In this document: positions 52,327 through 64,000 of the stretch, in pieces
How positions within the stretch are numbered: position 1 is the stretch's first letter
Layout of the letters: every line of letters begins with the position of its first letter
Assembly (NCBI GenBank): GCA_028534125.1
Contig: CM052817.1
Coordinates: forward strand, 32,242,001-32,306,000
DNA: 64,000 nt
Reading direction: 5' to 3'
Source: Lama glama
Taxonomy: Eukaryota
Position numbers and translations under genes: made by a program
Notes under the pieces: generated by a model
Databases searched by the model: none
What the model saw: the letters and a program-made list of their open reading frames with translations, nothing else
Told to the model about the DNA's origin: nothing

Positions 52327-54098
52327 TTATTTACAAATGTCGGCGTCCCCGTCAGGACAGGAACTCTCATCAGAATCCGAGGAAACTTCGGCATAATGTG
52401 GTGGTGTCTGTGGTACAATATCCCCATTTGAAAACTCTAAGTCTCTGAGTGAACAGTGCCATTCCACCGGCTCGGACTGAAGAGCTGCGATGTAATCATA
52501 AACGGACACGCCTGGGATCTCATCACTACAAGGGCTACTGCCCAGGGACCCGGGCAAAGTCAGGGGATCCTCAGATCTACCGGTGGTAGAGGCACTTTCC
52601 AGACGGGTCTCCCACAAACCAGAGTCTGGACCGGAAGTGAGAGTTTTTTCAAAACAATCTTCCTGATTCTCATAGGAATCTTCTTTCCCCAGAATAGTTT
52701 GGTAAGTGACGTTGTCCGTCCTCTCTCCTGAGTCCTTGTCCCCCAGGGTCTTGCTGGCCCTACAGCTCCCCTCGCCATGTGCCTCTTTTTCAGACACATG
52801 TCTTGTGTCCTCAGAACTTGTTGAACTTAGAGTAAATAAAGACCCTTCATCAGTATCAGAGTTGGTGTCTGACTCGTACTGACAGTCAGGAGGGTGCTTC
52901 TGCACTGGTTCCTTGTTACTGGGAGTGACAGGCAGGTCAGGGCCCCGCCCTGGAGGGGAGGCCGGTGGGGACCAGTCCGTGTCTCCGGGGTCACTGAGTG
53001 TGGCCCCACTGCAGTGGGCGGGACGCTCTCCCGCGGCACGGGGGCCCCTGATCCTCTGCTGCTGTGCACTCAGCGAGTTGACATAAGCCCTCACTTGCCT
53101 CTCCTTAGAAAACTCCGGAAGTGAGAGTTTAGTGCCCCCTCTTCCCTCATTCTCTCCAGTCCTCAGCGCTTCTGTGTGCACTAGCATCTGAGAGAGGGGA
53201 GCTGTCATTTCTCTTGGGGGAGGGGGGCCTAACTCGTCGGAATCCTTAGAGACTGAGCTGAGGTCACTTTGTGATCTGGGAGGTGCTGCAGGGCCACCCA
53301 CGGAACGCTCACTGAGGGCACCTTCCTGGGCCACAGTGTCATAATTTACTTCTCCAGGGATTTCATTCCCGTAGATGTGGTCCTGTCCTGCCAACAGTGG
53401 TTGGGGATCACGGGCATTTGAGTGTCGGTGGAGAAGGGGCCCGGCCCCACCGTGATTTGGAAGCGTGCTGTCCTTTGTCCTAGTGTGGTCTGCGAAGTGT
53501 TCCCGGCCCTGCCAGCCACCAGGCTCCTTTCTGCTGGGTGCCAGTGTTCTCTCAGGATTGACAGCAGCGTATGGGCTGGCCTCTGTCACCCAGAAAGAGT
53601 TTTGGTTCTCATGGAGGTTTTGATCATGGGAAGTTTGGTGCAGATCCATCCTTGGCTGCCGTCTGACTCCTGCAGCTTCGATCTCATCGTAGAAGCCCGG
53701 GTTTGGGTACAAGTTACCTGAGCCTGGACTTTTTTTCCGGCATCTCTGTTGCCACAGTCTGTCCACATAAGGCCTTGCAAAAGCGCCCAGGCAGAAAGCC
53801 ACGAAGAAAGTGATGAACACGGCCAGGCAGACGGCCAGGGTGAGGTCCTGGGGAGTGTGTCCCATCCTGCCAGATGTCTGCTCCTCCCCGGCACTCTTCA
53901 CCCACCTTGGCAGCCGTCTCGGCCTCTCCCTGGCATCAGAGCCCACAGGGTCCTTCTTCCCCGGAGTGGAAAAGTGCGCTTCCCCGGGCCTCTCACCTGT
54001 GCTCCTCAGGAGGCTCTTCATAGGATTCAGGTTCGTGGGATGAAGCTGGGTCTCTCTGGAAACTCTTTTGGGGGTCCACCAGTATGCCTCCTCCTTCC
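52327..54098 (-). CDS. LRRC66: LRRC66 terminal coding exon: stalk, single transmembrane helix and long Ser/Pro/acidic cytoplasmic tail
   Basis: Acceptor cccactctcag|GG is phase 1, in frame with ORF 52327..54123. TM LTLAVCLAVFITFFVAFCLGAFA at ~53776-53844. Motifs RPYVDRLWQ, DEGSLFTLSS and EWHCSLRDLEFSN match human LRRC66 as recalled. TAA stop at 52327-52329. Confidence 0.95.
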
Positions 54099-55340
54099 CT
54101 GAGAGTGGGGGGGAAGCACACATTGAGTGGACGTGGAAATAAGATTCCAGTGGTTCAGAGGGTCTGTGAGTCCCCAGTCCTCATCTAGCTAGATTTAAAG
54201 TATATATTACACGGCAAGCAGCTTGACTGACTGACTGGTTGTCTGATGCTGACAGCACGTGCAGGGCTGTGTGCGTGTCTGCATGTGGCTCTGAGGCGCA
54301 GGTCTGCCTCTCCCAGGCCCAGGAGGCTGTGTGCTTCTCAGGCTTCCTCCCTGGCTGCTGCCCACGGGAGGGAGAAGCCGGACGGAGGGACAGCCATATT
54401 GCTTCTCCTTCCTCCATGTCCTCACCTACTGACTACACATTTTTTGAGAACTTCCCATCAGCTCCCTGCAAAATCTGTCCCGGCTCCACCTGTGATTGCT
54501 GTATCATTGCCTCACCACTCCTCAGTGCTGCTAAACAGCAAAAATACTCAAGTTTCTCTACTGGCTCCTGACATTCTGCCCTCCACACTCAGATGCCAGT
54601 GTGACTTGTACAGAGTGATGAAACAGGTGTGGCTGACATTTAAGACTTCTCCCTTCTCTCATCTTCATGGATTTCTCTTAAACCTGGTATGCATGGCCGT
54701 GTCTCTAACAGCAGTCCTGAACAGAAGTCAGGACTCATTAGAAAAAAAAAATCTGCCTTTTTTTTCCCCCCAGTTAGGAGTTTGAGATTTAGCCAAGATA
54801 TTTAATAATAGGGAAAAAAAGAGCTTCCAGAATATTCAGCTCCAGTAACATATTCTAGCAGTTTGGGAGAGTGGCAGGGAACAAATCAAAGAAAAATATA
54901 CTTTTGAAATATGTGTGTTTTGTGTATGTATAGGATTATGCTTTCAGAGGGTTACCAAGCATTTTAATAATTATGTTTCAAGTTTTAGAAGTTCTTTCTT
55001 TGATTATTTTATTAACATTTGGGATAAAAATATGACATTTGGGGGCTTTAGGGAAAAATTCTCTCCTTGTGAAATTTGTTTTTGACCAAATCTAGTGGTT
55101 TCTGAGCTAGCTGAACTAGGTTTCTCTGACCATGTGAAGAAAATCATTCATGAACTGAGGAAAACAGTCAGGTACGGAGGATGGTTCTGCGACACAGCCC
55201 AAGGATGACTAATGCTGTGGGTCAGTGCTCTTGCTTTCAGGGGGACTGTCATTCTTTCAAATGAGTCTCAATTATTCTTGTGCTTTTTTTTTTTCAGTTT
55301 AAATGGAAGTATTTCTGAGAGAAGAGGCATACTGACTTAC

Positions 55341-55530
55341 CTATAGACTTGTTGCAAATTACATTCCACTTTTCCCTCCAGGATTCAGAAATAAACTTGT
55401 GGAAGACTGCCACGCTATAGTCACACTGCCATTGGTTATCAGCCAAGTCAGCCTCCAGGTGGGGAAGTTCTAGAGCAATGATCATCACCGGCAGGACGGC
55501 GGTCAGTGCATTGTTGCTGAGGTCTACCAC
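55341..55530 (-). CDS. LRRC66: LRRC66 internal coding exon (last LRR plus LRRCT-like cap)
   Basis: 190-nt exon with acceptor ctcgagcag|GTG and donor TATAG|gtaagt, phase 0 in and phase 1 out, matching both neighbours. Encodes VVDLSNNAL...LADNQWQCDYSVAVF...WNVICNKSI. Confidence 0.95.
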
Positions 55531-57184
55531 CTGCTCGAGAAGAAACAAATTTAGGACAGTCTGTGAAGAAAGACAACTGGAGACAAAATAAATGAGTCAC
55601 AGATATTGTCTGTATCCCTATGGAAGCAATATGAATTTTGCACTGATTTCAGAGTCGGAGGGGAGTAGGTTTAAACCCCTGCTCTGCCCATGAGAACTCT
55701 GTGAGCCTCAGCAACTTGCTGACTCTTGATGAGCCTACCTCCCAGGGTGGTTCTGAGGATTAAATGTATGTGAAAACTTTAAATATGGTGCTTATACTAG
55801 ATCCCCAATCATCTTCCCCTCCTTCTGTCCTGTGAGTTGGGATTTGTACTGTTAGATAAAACCTAGATTCCTGGTTACTGAGGTCTAGAATTAGACACTG
55901 GGTCTAGAATGTCTAGAAGCACTGTGATCTTGAAAGTGGCAGAAGGTACTGGATGATGAGGATATACAGCCTAGAACTGCGGTTGACCAGAAGTAGCAAA
56001 GAGAGGTCTTTTGCATCAAGTATTATCTTGATTTCTCTGCCATCCATGGCTACTCAGTATACACAAAATGACTAATTTTCCTAGTCTAATCAGAAATAAA
56101 GGGGAAACAAAAGGAATCAGTGGCTCTAGAAACACTGCTGCAGTTGGCTATGGCGGTGGTGTGATGCAGCAGGGAAGACATAATTAGGTGTACTCTAGCT
56201 ACCATTTGCAGAACATCGCTGGGTACCATGAATTCTGCTGGGTGCTTTACATACATTATCTCTAATCCTCCCAGCAACTTTCTCATTTCCCCTTTTTTAC
56301 AGAGGAGGAAACTGGGCTAGGTTTCAGCATTATATCACATAGTTTCTAGTCCTAGGGCCTGGTACCCAGATGCTAAGAAAATAATGGAGGAATGAATGAA
56401 TGAATGAATGGCAGAGCTGGGATCTGATCTGGCTTCATAGCTGTGTGCCTTCCACTCCACAGCACAGCCTCTCGGAGCCTGAGTTCCCACTGCGCTGGAG
56501 TGAAGGGCTGGGCGGAGGAGGCCTGGAGTGTAAGGGTCAGAGTGGGAGAAAATCATAAAAGAGAAAATGCAAGCCTTGCTGAAAAATAAAAAGAGGGCCA
56601 CAGATAAAAATCAGAGACACTGAATGTAATCCAGGCCAACTGTTTAATAAACATCAGGGGGAAAGCAGCACTGACAACTTGGCTTATATAAATTCCAAAG
56701 AAGAGCTGACTCAAACAAAGACTCAGACGGCGCCATGACCAAGACCACGGCATGGAGAATCAGAATTCTCCTTGAACTTAGTGGTGAGGGGGGCCTTTCC
56801 AGTGTTGAGTAATCAAGCACTCTTGACTCCCAGAGGAAGGTTGCAAAATATAGGAAGTAGGAAATTGGGATTGGGGAGGAAAAAAAAAAACTCTTGCTTC
56901 GGGCTGGCCTTGCCTGGGAGCGATAGCTTTCTTATGTATCCCCTCCTCAGCAACAGAGTGAAATGTTCTAAGTCTGAGGAGGGTATTTTCTTAGCATGCC
57001 TGCATGGTTTTCATCCTATTATGTTATTGTATTACAAATCATGACACTGAAAGCAAAACTGGAGAAGAGTATAGAAAACTAATAAAATGATTCAGGAGGA
57101 ATAATTTCTGAGGAAAGATGAAGACAAAACAGTCCAATCTGGCTAAAGAAAAGCCCATAAACCAACACTTGGAAGGAGTGTACT

Positions 57185-57226
57185 GTCTACAGCCACAGCA
57201 TCCTGAACACATCTGATCTCATCTGA
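57185..57226 (+). pseudogene. 3'-truncated 5S rRNA retropseudogene (nt 1-42)
   Basis: 33/42 identity by hand to vertebrate 5S GTCTACGGCCATACCACCCTGAACGCGCCCGATCTCGTCTGA, with all 5 CpGs decayed. TSD aggagtgtac at 57174-57183 and 57228-57237. Confidence 0.85.
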
Positions 57227-57869
57227 GAGGAGTGTACATTATAGAAAGACTGGGAGAAGCATATAATGTTGCTACACAAATCACCACATCTAAGAAGAAT
57301 GGGGTAAGATTAAGAAAAGGAATGCTAATTTGAAATGCCAATGAAACTTATTTTATTCTATCTAAACATGATGATGAATTTATGCCTTGAAAAAAATCTG
57401 TTTGGTTTCTGAAAAGATTTCCATGTAGGAAAACACATAATATAGTGCAAGTATTAAATACACCTTGTGAAAAAAAAAAAACAACCAACAACAACAACAT
57501 CTATTTTAATACTCAGCTCTCTGGAACTGAATATTCTCCTCATCTTCCCAAACTAGTTTTTAGTTATTGCCAAACATGTGGAAGGGATAACAGGGAAGAA
57601 GAAATTGTATGATTCCAGGCAGTTCAGGTGAATTGAGAATTGCAGATGATTTAAAACATTCTTGGGCTTACTTTTTAGCAGCATCCATCACCTGTGAGCT
57701 GCAGAAGACTTATAAAGCACAATAAGCAAGCATAGGGCAATTACACATACAAATATAATCAGTATATAACATACTAAATAAGGCTCCCAGGCAATCTGAC
57801 AACATGTTTGTGGTGAATTGGGGAGTGCTGCCAAGTTCAGTGGACATTCGTATCTACTCTGATAACCAC

Positions 57870-58426
57870 TGTAGCAGACAGGACCCCAGTACAGCTGCCT
57901 CCTGATATTCAAGCTCTTTGAGTAATCTCCTCCCCTTGAGTGTAGACAAGACCTGCACCTTGCTTCTCAGCAGTGAGAATGACAAAAGCAATGGGACCTC
58001 ACTTCCATGACAACCTTGCATAAGACTGTAATGTTCTTGCTAGCATGCTAGCGCCTTCGGGCTCTGAAGCAAGCTGCAATGCTGTGAACTGCCCTGTGGG
58101 AAAGCCCACGTGGTACAGAGGTGAGGGCAGGCTCAGGCTGATAGCCAGTAAGGAACTGAGCCCTCTGCCCAACAGCCCAGGTGGAACTGAATCCTGCCAA
58201 CAATCACATGAGCTTGGAAGTGGATGCTTCTTCAGCTGGGCCTTCAGGTGAGACTCCAGCCCTGGCCAACACCTTGACTGCAGCCTCTTGAGACACCTTT
58301 AGCAGAGGACTCAGCTAAGTCTTGCCTGGATTGCTGAACCAAAGAAGTTGTGAGATAATATATGTGTTTGGTTTTAGACTGCTAAGTTGGCAGTAATTTG
58401 TTACACACCAATAGATAACTAGTACA
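57870..58426 (+). mobile_element. MLT1 (F-like) solo LTR in LRRC66 intron
   Basis: TG...CA ends; 'ctccccttgagtgt', 'ggaactgaatcctgccaacaatcacatgagcttggaagtgga', 'atttgttacacaccaatagataact'. Confidence 0.85.
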
Positions 58427-58949
58427 CCTATCCACACTCATCATCCATCGATTCCTTTGTTTATTCTACAAGTTTCTTTAAATATGTGGTAGGTATTAGA
58501 CATATGTCAAGCACCAGAAAACAAAGTATATATGATATACTTCCTCAAAGAGCTCACCGTCTGGTAGAAGGGTTATGGGGAAGCAGGCATTAACAGCTAA
58601 CCATACCTAAAATGAAATAATTTCAGTTTTGATAAATACAGTGATGGAAAAGTATAGCCTATTGTAAGTGTGTAAAAAGGACAACTAATTCAATCTGGAG
58701 GCCCAGGGAAGGCTTCCTTGAGGAAGTGACGTTGTAAGGATTAGGAAGGGCTAGCTCTTCTGGGCAAAAGGATCAGCAAGCGGGGAGGCCCTGAGGTGAA
58801 AACCAGGCTGGAAAGCAGTGAGCAAGGGATGGGTGGCTTGAAATGAGGCTGGAGAGGTAAAGAGGGGTCAGGCCCTTGTTGTGAAAGCATACAATCAGAT
58901 TTGTATGTTAAAAGAGTAGAATTTCAATATGTAGTCTCAGTTATAAAGG

Positions 58950-59150
58950 GCTTACTGTATTCCAAATATGGTTCAAAGCACTTTGTATGTATTAAAACAT
59001 TAAGTTCTCACAAAACCCTATGAAAAAGGAATTGTTATCTCCATTTTACAGATGAGAAAACTGAAGCACAGAGAGATTTGGTAACTCACCGAAGATTGTG
59101 TGATTAGCAAGCAGCAGAGCCTAGGTGTAAACCCAGGCAGCTGGCTCCAC
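58950..59150 (-). mobile_element. MIR remnant
   Basis: 'ttatctccattttacagatgagaaaactgaagcacagagagatt'. Confidence 0.8.
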
Positions 59151-59309
59151 GGGCCACCCCCTCACCACTGCTTCACCAGTTTCCCTTCCATAGAGGAGGA
59201 ACTTGGGGGACCATTCTGGCTGAAGGAGGGAAGTTGGAGATTTGTCCTGAAGTCTTGCTTGAAGAGCACTTTACATGTAAAACTGGGAAAGTGTCCATTT
59301 CTACGTGGA

Positions 59310-59950
59310 TGCAGTCTAATATGACAGCCATTAGCCACATGCGGTCACTGATCATTAAAATGTGGCTAGTCCAAATTGGGATGTGCAGTTGAGTGTGACT
59401 ATAGTCTGCCCTCCATGTCTGTGGGTTCTGAACCCATGGACTGAAGTAGTTAAAAAGAAGAAAGATAGAAAAAAGATTTCAAAAGTTCCCAAAAGCAAAA
59501 CTTGAATTTGCCCAGTGCAGGCAACTATTTACATAGACAGCACTTATATTGTATTTACACAGCATTTACGTTGTATTATTATAAGTAACCCAGAGATGAT
59601 TTACAGTATATGGGAGGGTGTGCACAGGTTATATGCAAATACTATGCCAGTTTATATAAAGGACTCAAGCATCCACAGATTTTGGATTCACAGGGGTCCT
59701 GGAACCAATCCCATTGGACATCAAGGGTCAGCTGTACACATGGGGTTTTGAAGACTTAGTATGAAAAAGAGAATGTATGTTATCTTATTAATAATATTAA
59801 TAATATTGATTACATGTGTAAAAGATAGTATTTGGGTATATTGGGTTTAAAAATGTATTACTAAAATTAAATTCACCTGCTTATTTTTACTTCTTATATT
59901 AAGTTACTAAAGCAATATAAAATTGCATATGTGGCCCACATTATGTTTTC
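59310..59950. mobile_element. MER33-like hAT-Charlie element interrupted by a Tigger
   Basis: 'agccattagccacatg...aaatgtggctagtccaaattg' resumes after the insertion as 'tttgaagacttagtatgaaaaa...aatattgattacatg...atatgtggc'. Confidence 0.75.
59402..59736. mobile_element. Tigger3-like (Tc1/mariner) MITE
   Basis: TIR-like tagtctgccctc ... aagggtcagctg with TA flanks; core 'aaaagcaaaacttgaatttgcc...aggttatatgcaaatactatgcc'. Confidence 0.8.
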
Positions 59951-60794
59951 AGGGGTGATAACTGGCCTATATAGAGAATGGGGGTGTGTGATGCAGGTTG
60001 CAGGGACAGGAGACTCAAGCTTCTCCTAAGTCATCTCTGGGGGCCACCCTGGTGTTTCTAAAGGAGCACTGAGTGGAGATTTTACTGTATCCCCCTCAAA
60101 GAGGAGGAGGGGGGAGGAAGGGACTTGGAGGAGAAAGGGCTGAAGCTGCCAAAACTAGGGCTCTGGGGGTTCCTCGCACTCACAGCAGTCAGCACCTCAG
60201 TGAGATTCACTGAAAGGTGCCCGAGAGACAGGCAACATAGCTCTAAAATGTGATGCCTACCCCCTCAACATAGGTCTGATGTTTAGAACCACACGTGGCA
60301 TGTGGTAAGTGCAATGCAAGTATGGGTTGATATCATTATTGTTGGTACTATTCTGTGCCCGATTTTGGAGTGGAAGCACCAGGGTCGCTGGCCTTCAGAG
60401 GCTCATATAGTCCCAAATTGCATAAAACCCCAGGGACCTTTCACTGACCTTGTAGTTCAGGGAGGCAGCCTTCCTAATAACCAAGATTTAATTTCTTGCC
60501 AACTGGTAAGTGGAAACTTGGAGTTGGTTTTAATTTGATTTAGGAAAAATAATGTGCCAGTTCTTGCTGCTGAGTATTAATGTTCAAATAAAATTCATGT
60601 CCACTGCTGAGGCTTTGGATCTTTGAGGCAAGAGAGAGACTTCAGCTCTTTTAGGGGAGTCTTACAATAGACTTATATTTTTTGATTAGTGGCCAGTACT
60701 ACTGGTCATGAAGAAGCTCTTCAAAGGAAATACTCTTCTAATATAATTGCCCACAGGTCTGATATTTGAAATATTATAAACATTACTTCCTAAC

Positions 60795-60964
60795 CTGTAA
60801 TTTTTTCAGGTCCTTGAAGGCTTCTGGATGAATTCTGAATATCTTGTTGCTCTTTAAATGGAGGTTTTCCAGTTGCAGGCAGTTATGAAAATCAGACAGA
60901 CCAATTTGTGATATCCCATTGAAGGACAGATCCAAACTCTGTAATGACTTCAGTTTCCATAGTC
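60795..60964 (-). CDS. LRRC66: LRRC66 internal coding exon (leucine-rich repeats)
   Basis: 170-nt exon with acceptor ttttaacag|GA and donor TTACAG|gttagg, phase 1 in and phase 0 out. Encodes GLWKLKSLQSLDLSFNGISQIGLSDFHNCLQLENLHLKSNKIFRIHPEAFKDLKKLQ (two LxxLxLxxNxI repeats). Confidence 0.95.
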
Positions 60965-63049
60965 CTGTTAAAATGAACAAGCAAGTTAAAATATAAATTG
61001 TTCAGTATTGTTTGTAAGGTAGAAACTTGGACATAACCTAAATGGTTCCCAACAGAGAAATGGCTAAACAAAGGATGATGTTATCAATACTACAAAATGC
61101 TGTGTAGTCTGAAAAGAGAACATGGGGTAGGTCAATATGAACTGACTGAACAGGAAGGAAAAGTTAAGTTGCAGGAAAGTATAAAGTATAATTCCAATGT
61201 GCTTGGGAAAAAGAGAGCCATATGCAAACTTATACATATATTTTGAGAGAGCAGAGAGGAAGGCCTGGCAAGAGATGAACTAGGCTACGGATGGTAGTCA
61301 CGCTTAGGAGTCAGGTGGGGGAGGGAGGTGAAACTTTGCTTTTATTTTTATACACTTTAACATGTGCTAATTTTACAATAAGAGCATCAGTCCAAAATCT
61401 AACCTTGACTGAATGAGATGACAAGCAGATATTTGCTTATTTGATTCAACTATGGGCAAAACTGGACAATCTTGCAATAGTTATAGAGGAAAAAGTTTTA
61501 TTTACATGAATGTTTTATTTACATGGATGAATTCTTCCCCTTTTAAGATGTTCTTATTCTAATTTGTAGCTATGTCCTTTTATAAATTATTGCTGATATT
61601 ACAATAATTTTCTAGGAATTCTTATATTTTCCAAAAGTAGTATGTTGATAGATGTTTTATTTTGTGGCAAAATAATCTAATTGAGTTTTGGTCTCTGCCT
61701 TTGTGTTTCACTTAATTCCAGAAGCAACCAGGAGGCCCATTTGGCACTGAAGATAAAGGTTGAGAATGAGGTGCCAGCCATAGCAATCTTCCAAATCTGA
61801 TTTCCCATATGAGTCTCACAAGGAATCCCTGCATTTTTACATTTCCTTCTGCTCTGTTCTCACACGTCATCTGTGTCTTTAACTAACTACTGCATAGCAG
61901 ATCAGCCTGGTTCAATTCCACAAGTGTTAACTCCTTGCCCACTATCTGCAGAGCACTTATTGTGTAAGACTGACTATGCAGAGAGATGATGACTGTTTTG
62001 AAAATGGCTGCACATCTACGTTCTCATGTGTTCACTTCAGCTGTACAGACTGAGCCAGAGATCATAAGGACGACAACTCAGTCAAAACATCATGAGCAAG
62101 GCACTTGGTGCTGAGGACACAGACAGCATGGAGACCTTGTGTCGGGCTGAGTAATGAGACATAAACACAAGAAAAAGTCATTAGTTATACAAAGCAGTTA
62201 TACCCCCACCTTCGACTATAAAATTAATTATTGTTTGTCTGTCAGCCTATCCATCAGATGATTAATCCGTTCAGGGAAGAATTCTCATCCTTGTGAATTC
62301 TTATAATGTCAGGTATGCAAGAGACAGTCAATAGGCCAGAGGTCACAGTGCTGGACCTGCATGGAGATTTCAAAATTGTTGAGCCAACATTAAAAATTCA
62401 ATACAACCATGTACATTTCTAGCTTCTCTTAAATAATTGGAAGTGGCAACTGGCACAAGACATTTGACTAAAGTTAAAGGAGGTCTGCCTGTCTTAGATG
62501 GGGTGTGCCTTGTAGAAGAAAACGATGTCCCCATCAAAAATAGGAAAACAAAGGATAGGCCAGGAAGCCTGCACATTTAAAAAAATGAGAGAGAACCAAG
62601 GCTAATATTCAGCTGGCATACGCTGGTAAGAAACACTTCCATACCAGTTCATAAATAGCCATTGCCAAGCCTCCGTGTGTCGCCCTGCTGCCCTGGGCAC
62701 TTTGGTCCATCCCCCGTCCACCTCCTACCCACAACAGGACTCTGCTGCATCACTACAGCCAGGAGGCATCCAGCTTGGGAACCCAGGCCAATGGCCACTA
62801 GTTAAGTATTTTGAATATAACCTCTGGAGAAAATGTTTCTTTGCGAAGAATATGCCTACATGATTTAATATGCAGACATATGGGTCTTAAGAAAAAATGC
62901 AACAAAGGACCTGATATGAAAGAAGCTATAGTTTCTTAACATTTTCATGATAATTGCCTGGCCTGTATAGGGATGTGAGCTCATGGTTGCTCCCATTTCT
63001 AGTGCTTAATTGAATTGAATAAGTACCCCAGGAGTTCAGTGGGAAGGGA

Positions 63050-64000
63050 GGTTGGTCTATCAATTAATAGGGGGGTGTGGAAATCTCCAACTATAACAGT
63101 GGATTTGAAAGTGAGCTGGACCCTGCGGGGCCTTGTCAGGGACAGACCTCTGTGTCCCTCGCCTCTTGTCTGTAGATAAAGCTTTAGTCTCTTAGGCCTT
63201 CCCTGAGTTCTAAAGAGTAGATTTAATCAGAGAAGTGAGAAAATGCAGAAACAAAGGAAAACAGTCAAACGAGACAAAATAATAATAGTTTAGCCATAAA
63301 ACAAAGTCAAGGATCTTTAGTTTCTCCTCAGGAGCTATAGATAATATCCTGGGCCATGTCCTTGAGTTGTTTTGCCCACACTAAAACCCCCACCAGGTGG
63401 AGGAAGTTAACTGCATGCTGACCACAAGGACATAGACCCAGACCACTGGAATCAGAAGGTTGATGACTGAGCGTCCCCAAACATCACCCTGTTACCTCAC
63501 CATCAACCAATGAGAGAACTGTGAATGAGCTGATCACACACCCGGTGACCCTCTCCCTCACCCTGTCTTTAAAAACCCTTCTCTGAAAGCCACCAGGGAG
63601 TTTGGGTCATTTGAGCGTGAGCTGCCCGTTCTCCTTACTTAGTGCCCTGCAATGAATGCTGTCTGTACTCTTCCTCACCACAGCTGGTGTCAGCAGGTCG
63701 GCTTTGCTGCAGCTGGGGCCAGCAGACCCAGGGTAGGCTGGCGAATAGATCTGTCTGTTTCTCTTTACGGTTCTGTCAGTTTTCCCCTCACATATTTTGA
63801 CGATCTGTTGTTAGGCATACCCACATTTAGAATGACTGTACAAGAATTGACCCCTTTATCATTCAGTAATGCCTTCTTTATCCCTGGCAATTTTTGTTAT
63901 TCTGAAATCTCCTTTGTCTCAAATTAATATAGCTCTCCCACCTTTCTTTAGATTAGAGTTTATCTAATGGTTTATCTTTCTGCATCCCTTTAGCTAGCAG
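63050..64000 (-). mobile_element. Ancient L1 ORF2 endonuclease remnant (split by the LTR)
   Basis: 'aaatctccaactataacagtggatt...tgtctgtttct...gttaggcatac', 'aattaatatagctctcccacctttctt'. Confidence 0.7.
63106..63747 (+). mobile_element. ERV1-class solo LTR inserted in an old L1, antisense to LRRC66
   Basis: Starts with TG; TATA-like tttaaaaa at ~63568; polyA-like aatgaa at ~63651; near-4-bp TSD gatt/gatc. L1 text is continuous across the insertion. Confidence 0.75.

Noticed and set aside
54099..54123. ATG start of the 598-aa ORF as a standalone gene
   Set aside because: The first codons are the intron's pyrimidine tract and acceptor; the ORF is the last exon of LRRC66.
52456..54785. Antisense and alternate-frame ORFs around the LRRC66 last exon
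   Set aside because: Expected by-products of GC-rich sequence, with no recognisable domains.
1..64000. CRISPR arrays, operons or prokaryotic defence systems
   Set aside because: The sequence is mammalian, with no repeat-spacer arrays or dense gene organisation.

Overview
Mammalian genomic DNA, most likely camelid (three tRNA-derived SINEs resemble the camelid vic-1 family). The only supportable protein-coding gene is LRRC66 on the minus strand: three coding exons (60795-60964, 55341-55530, 52327-54098) with canonical, frame-consistent splice sites. Its first coding exon lies beyond the right edge. The first ~52 kb has no recognisable gene and is dominated by repeats: a relatively young L1 with an unusually short 5'UTR, ancient L1M, L2, MIR, LTRs, hAT/Tigger MITEs and microsatellites. 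There are three assembly gaps. The most notable oddities are a ~290-bp near-identical inverted repeat pair bracketing a ~9-kb segment between two gaps, a tailless 5S rRNA retropseudogene with a TSD in an LRRC66 intron, the short-5'UTR L1, and a 277-nt pure-purine tract. I found no convincing novel biological system. Repeat subfamily names are from memory and need RepeatMasker/Dfam confirmation.
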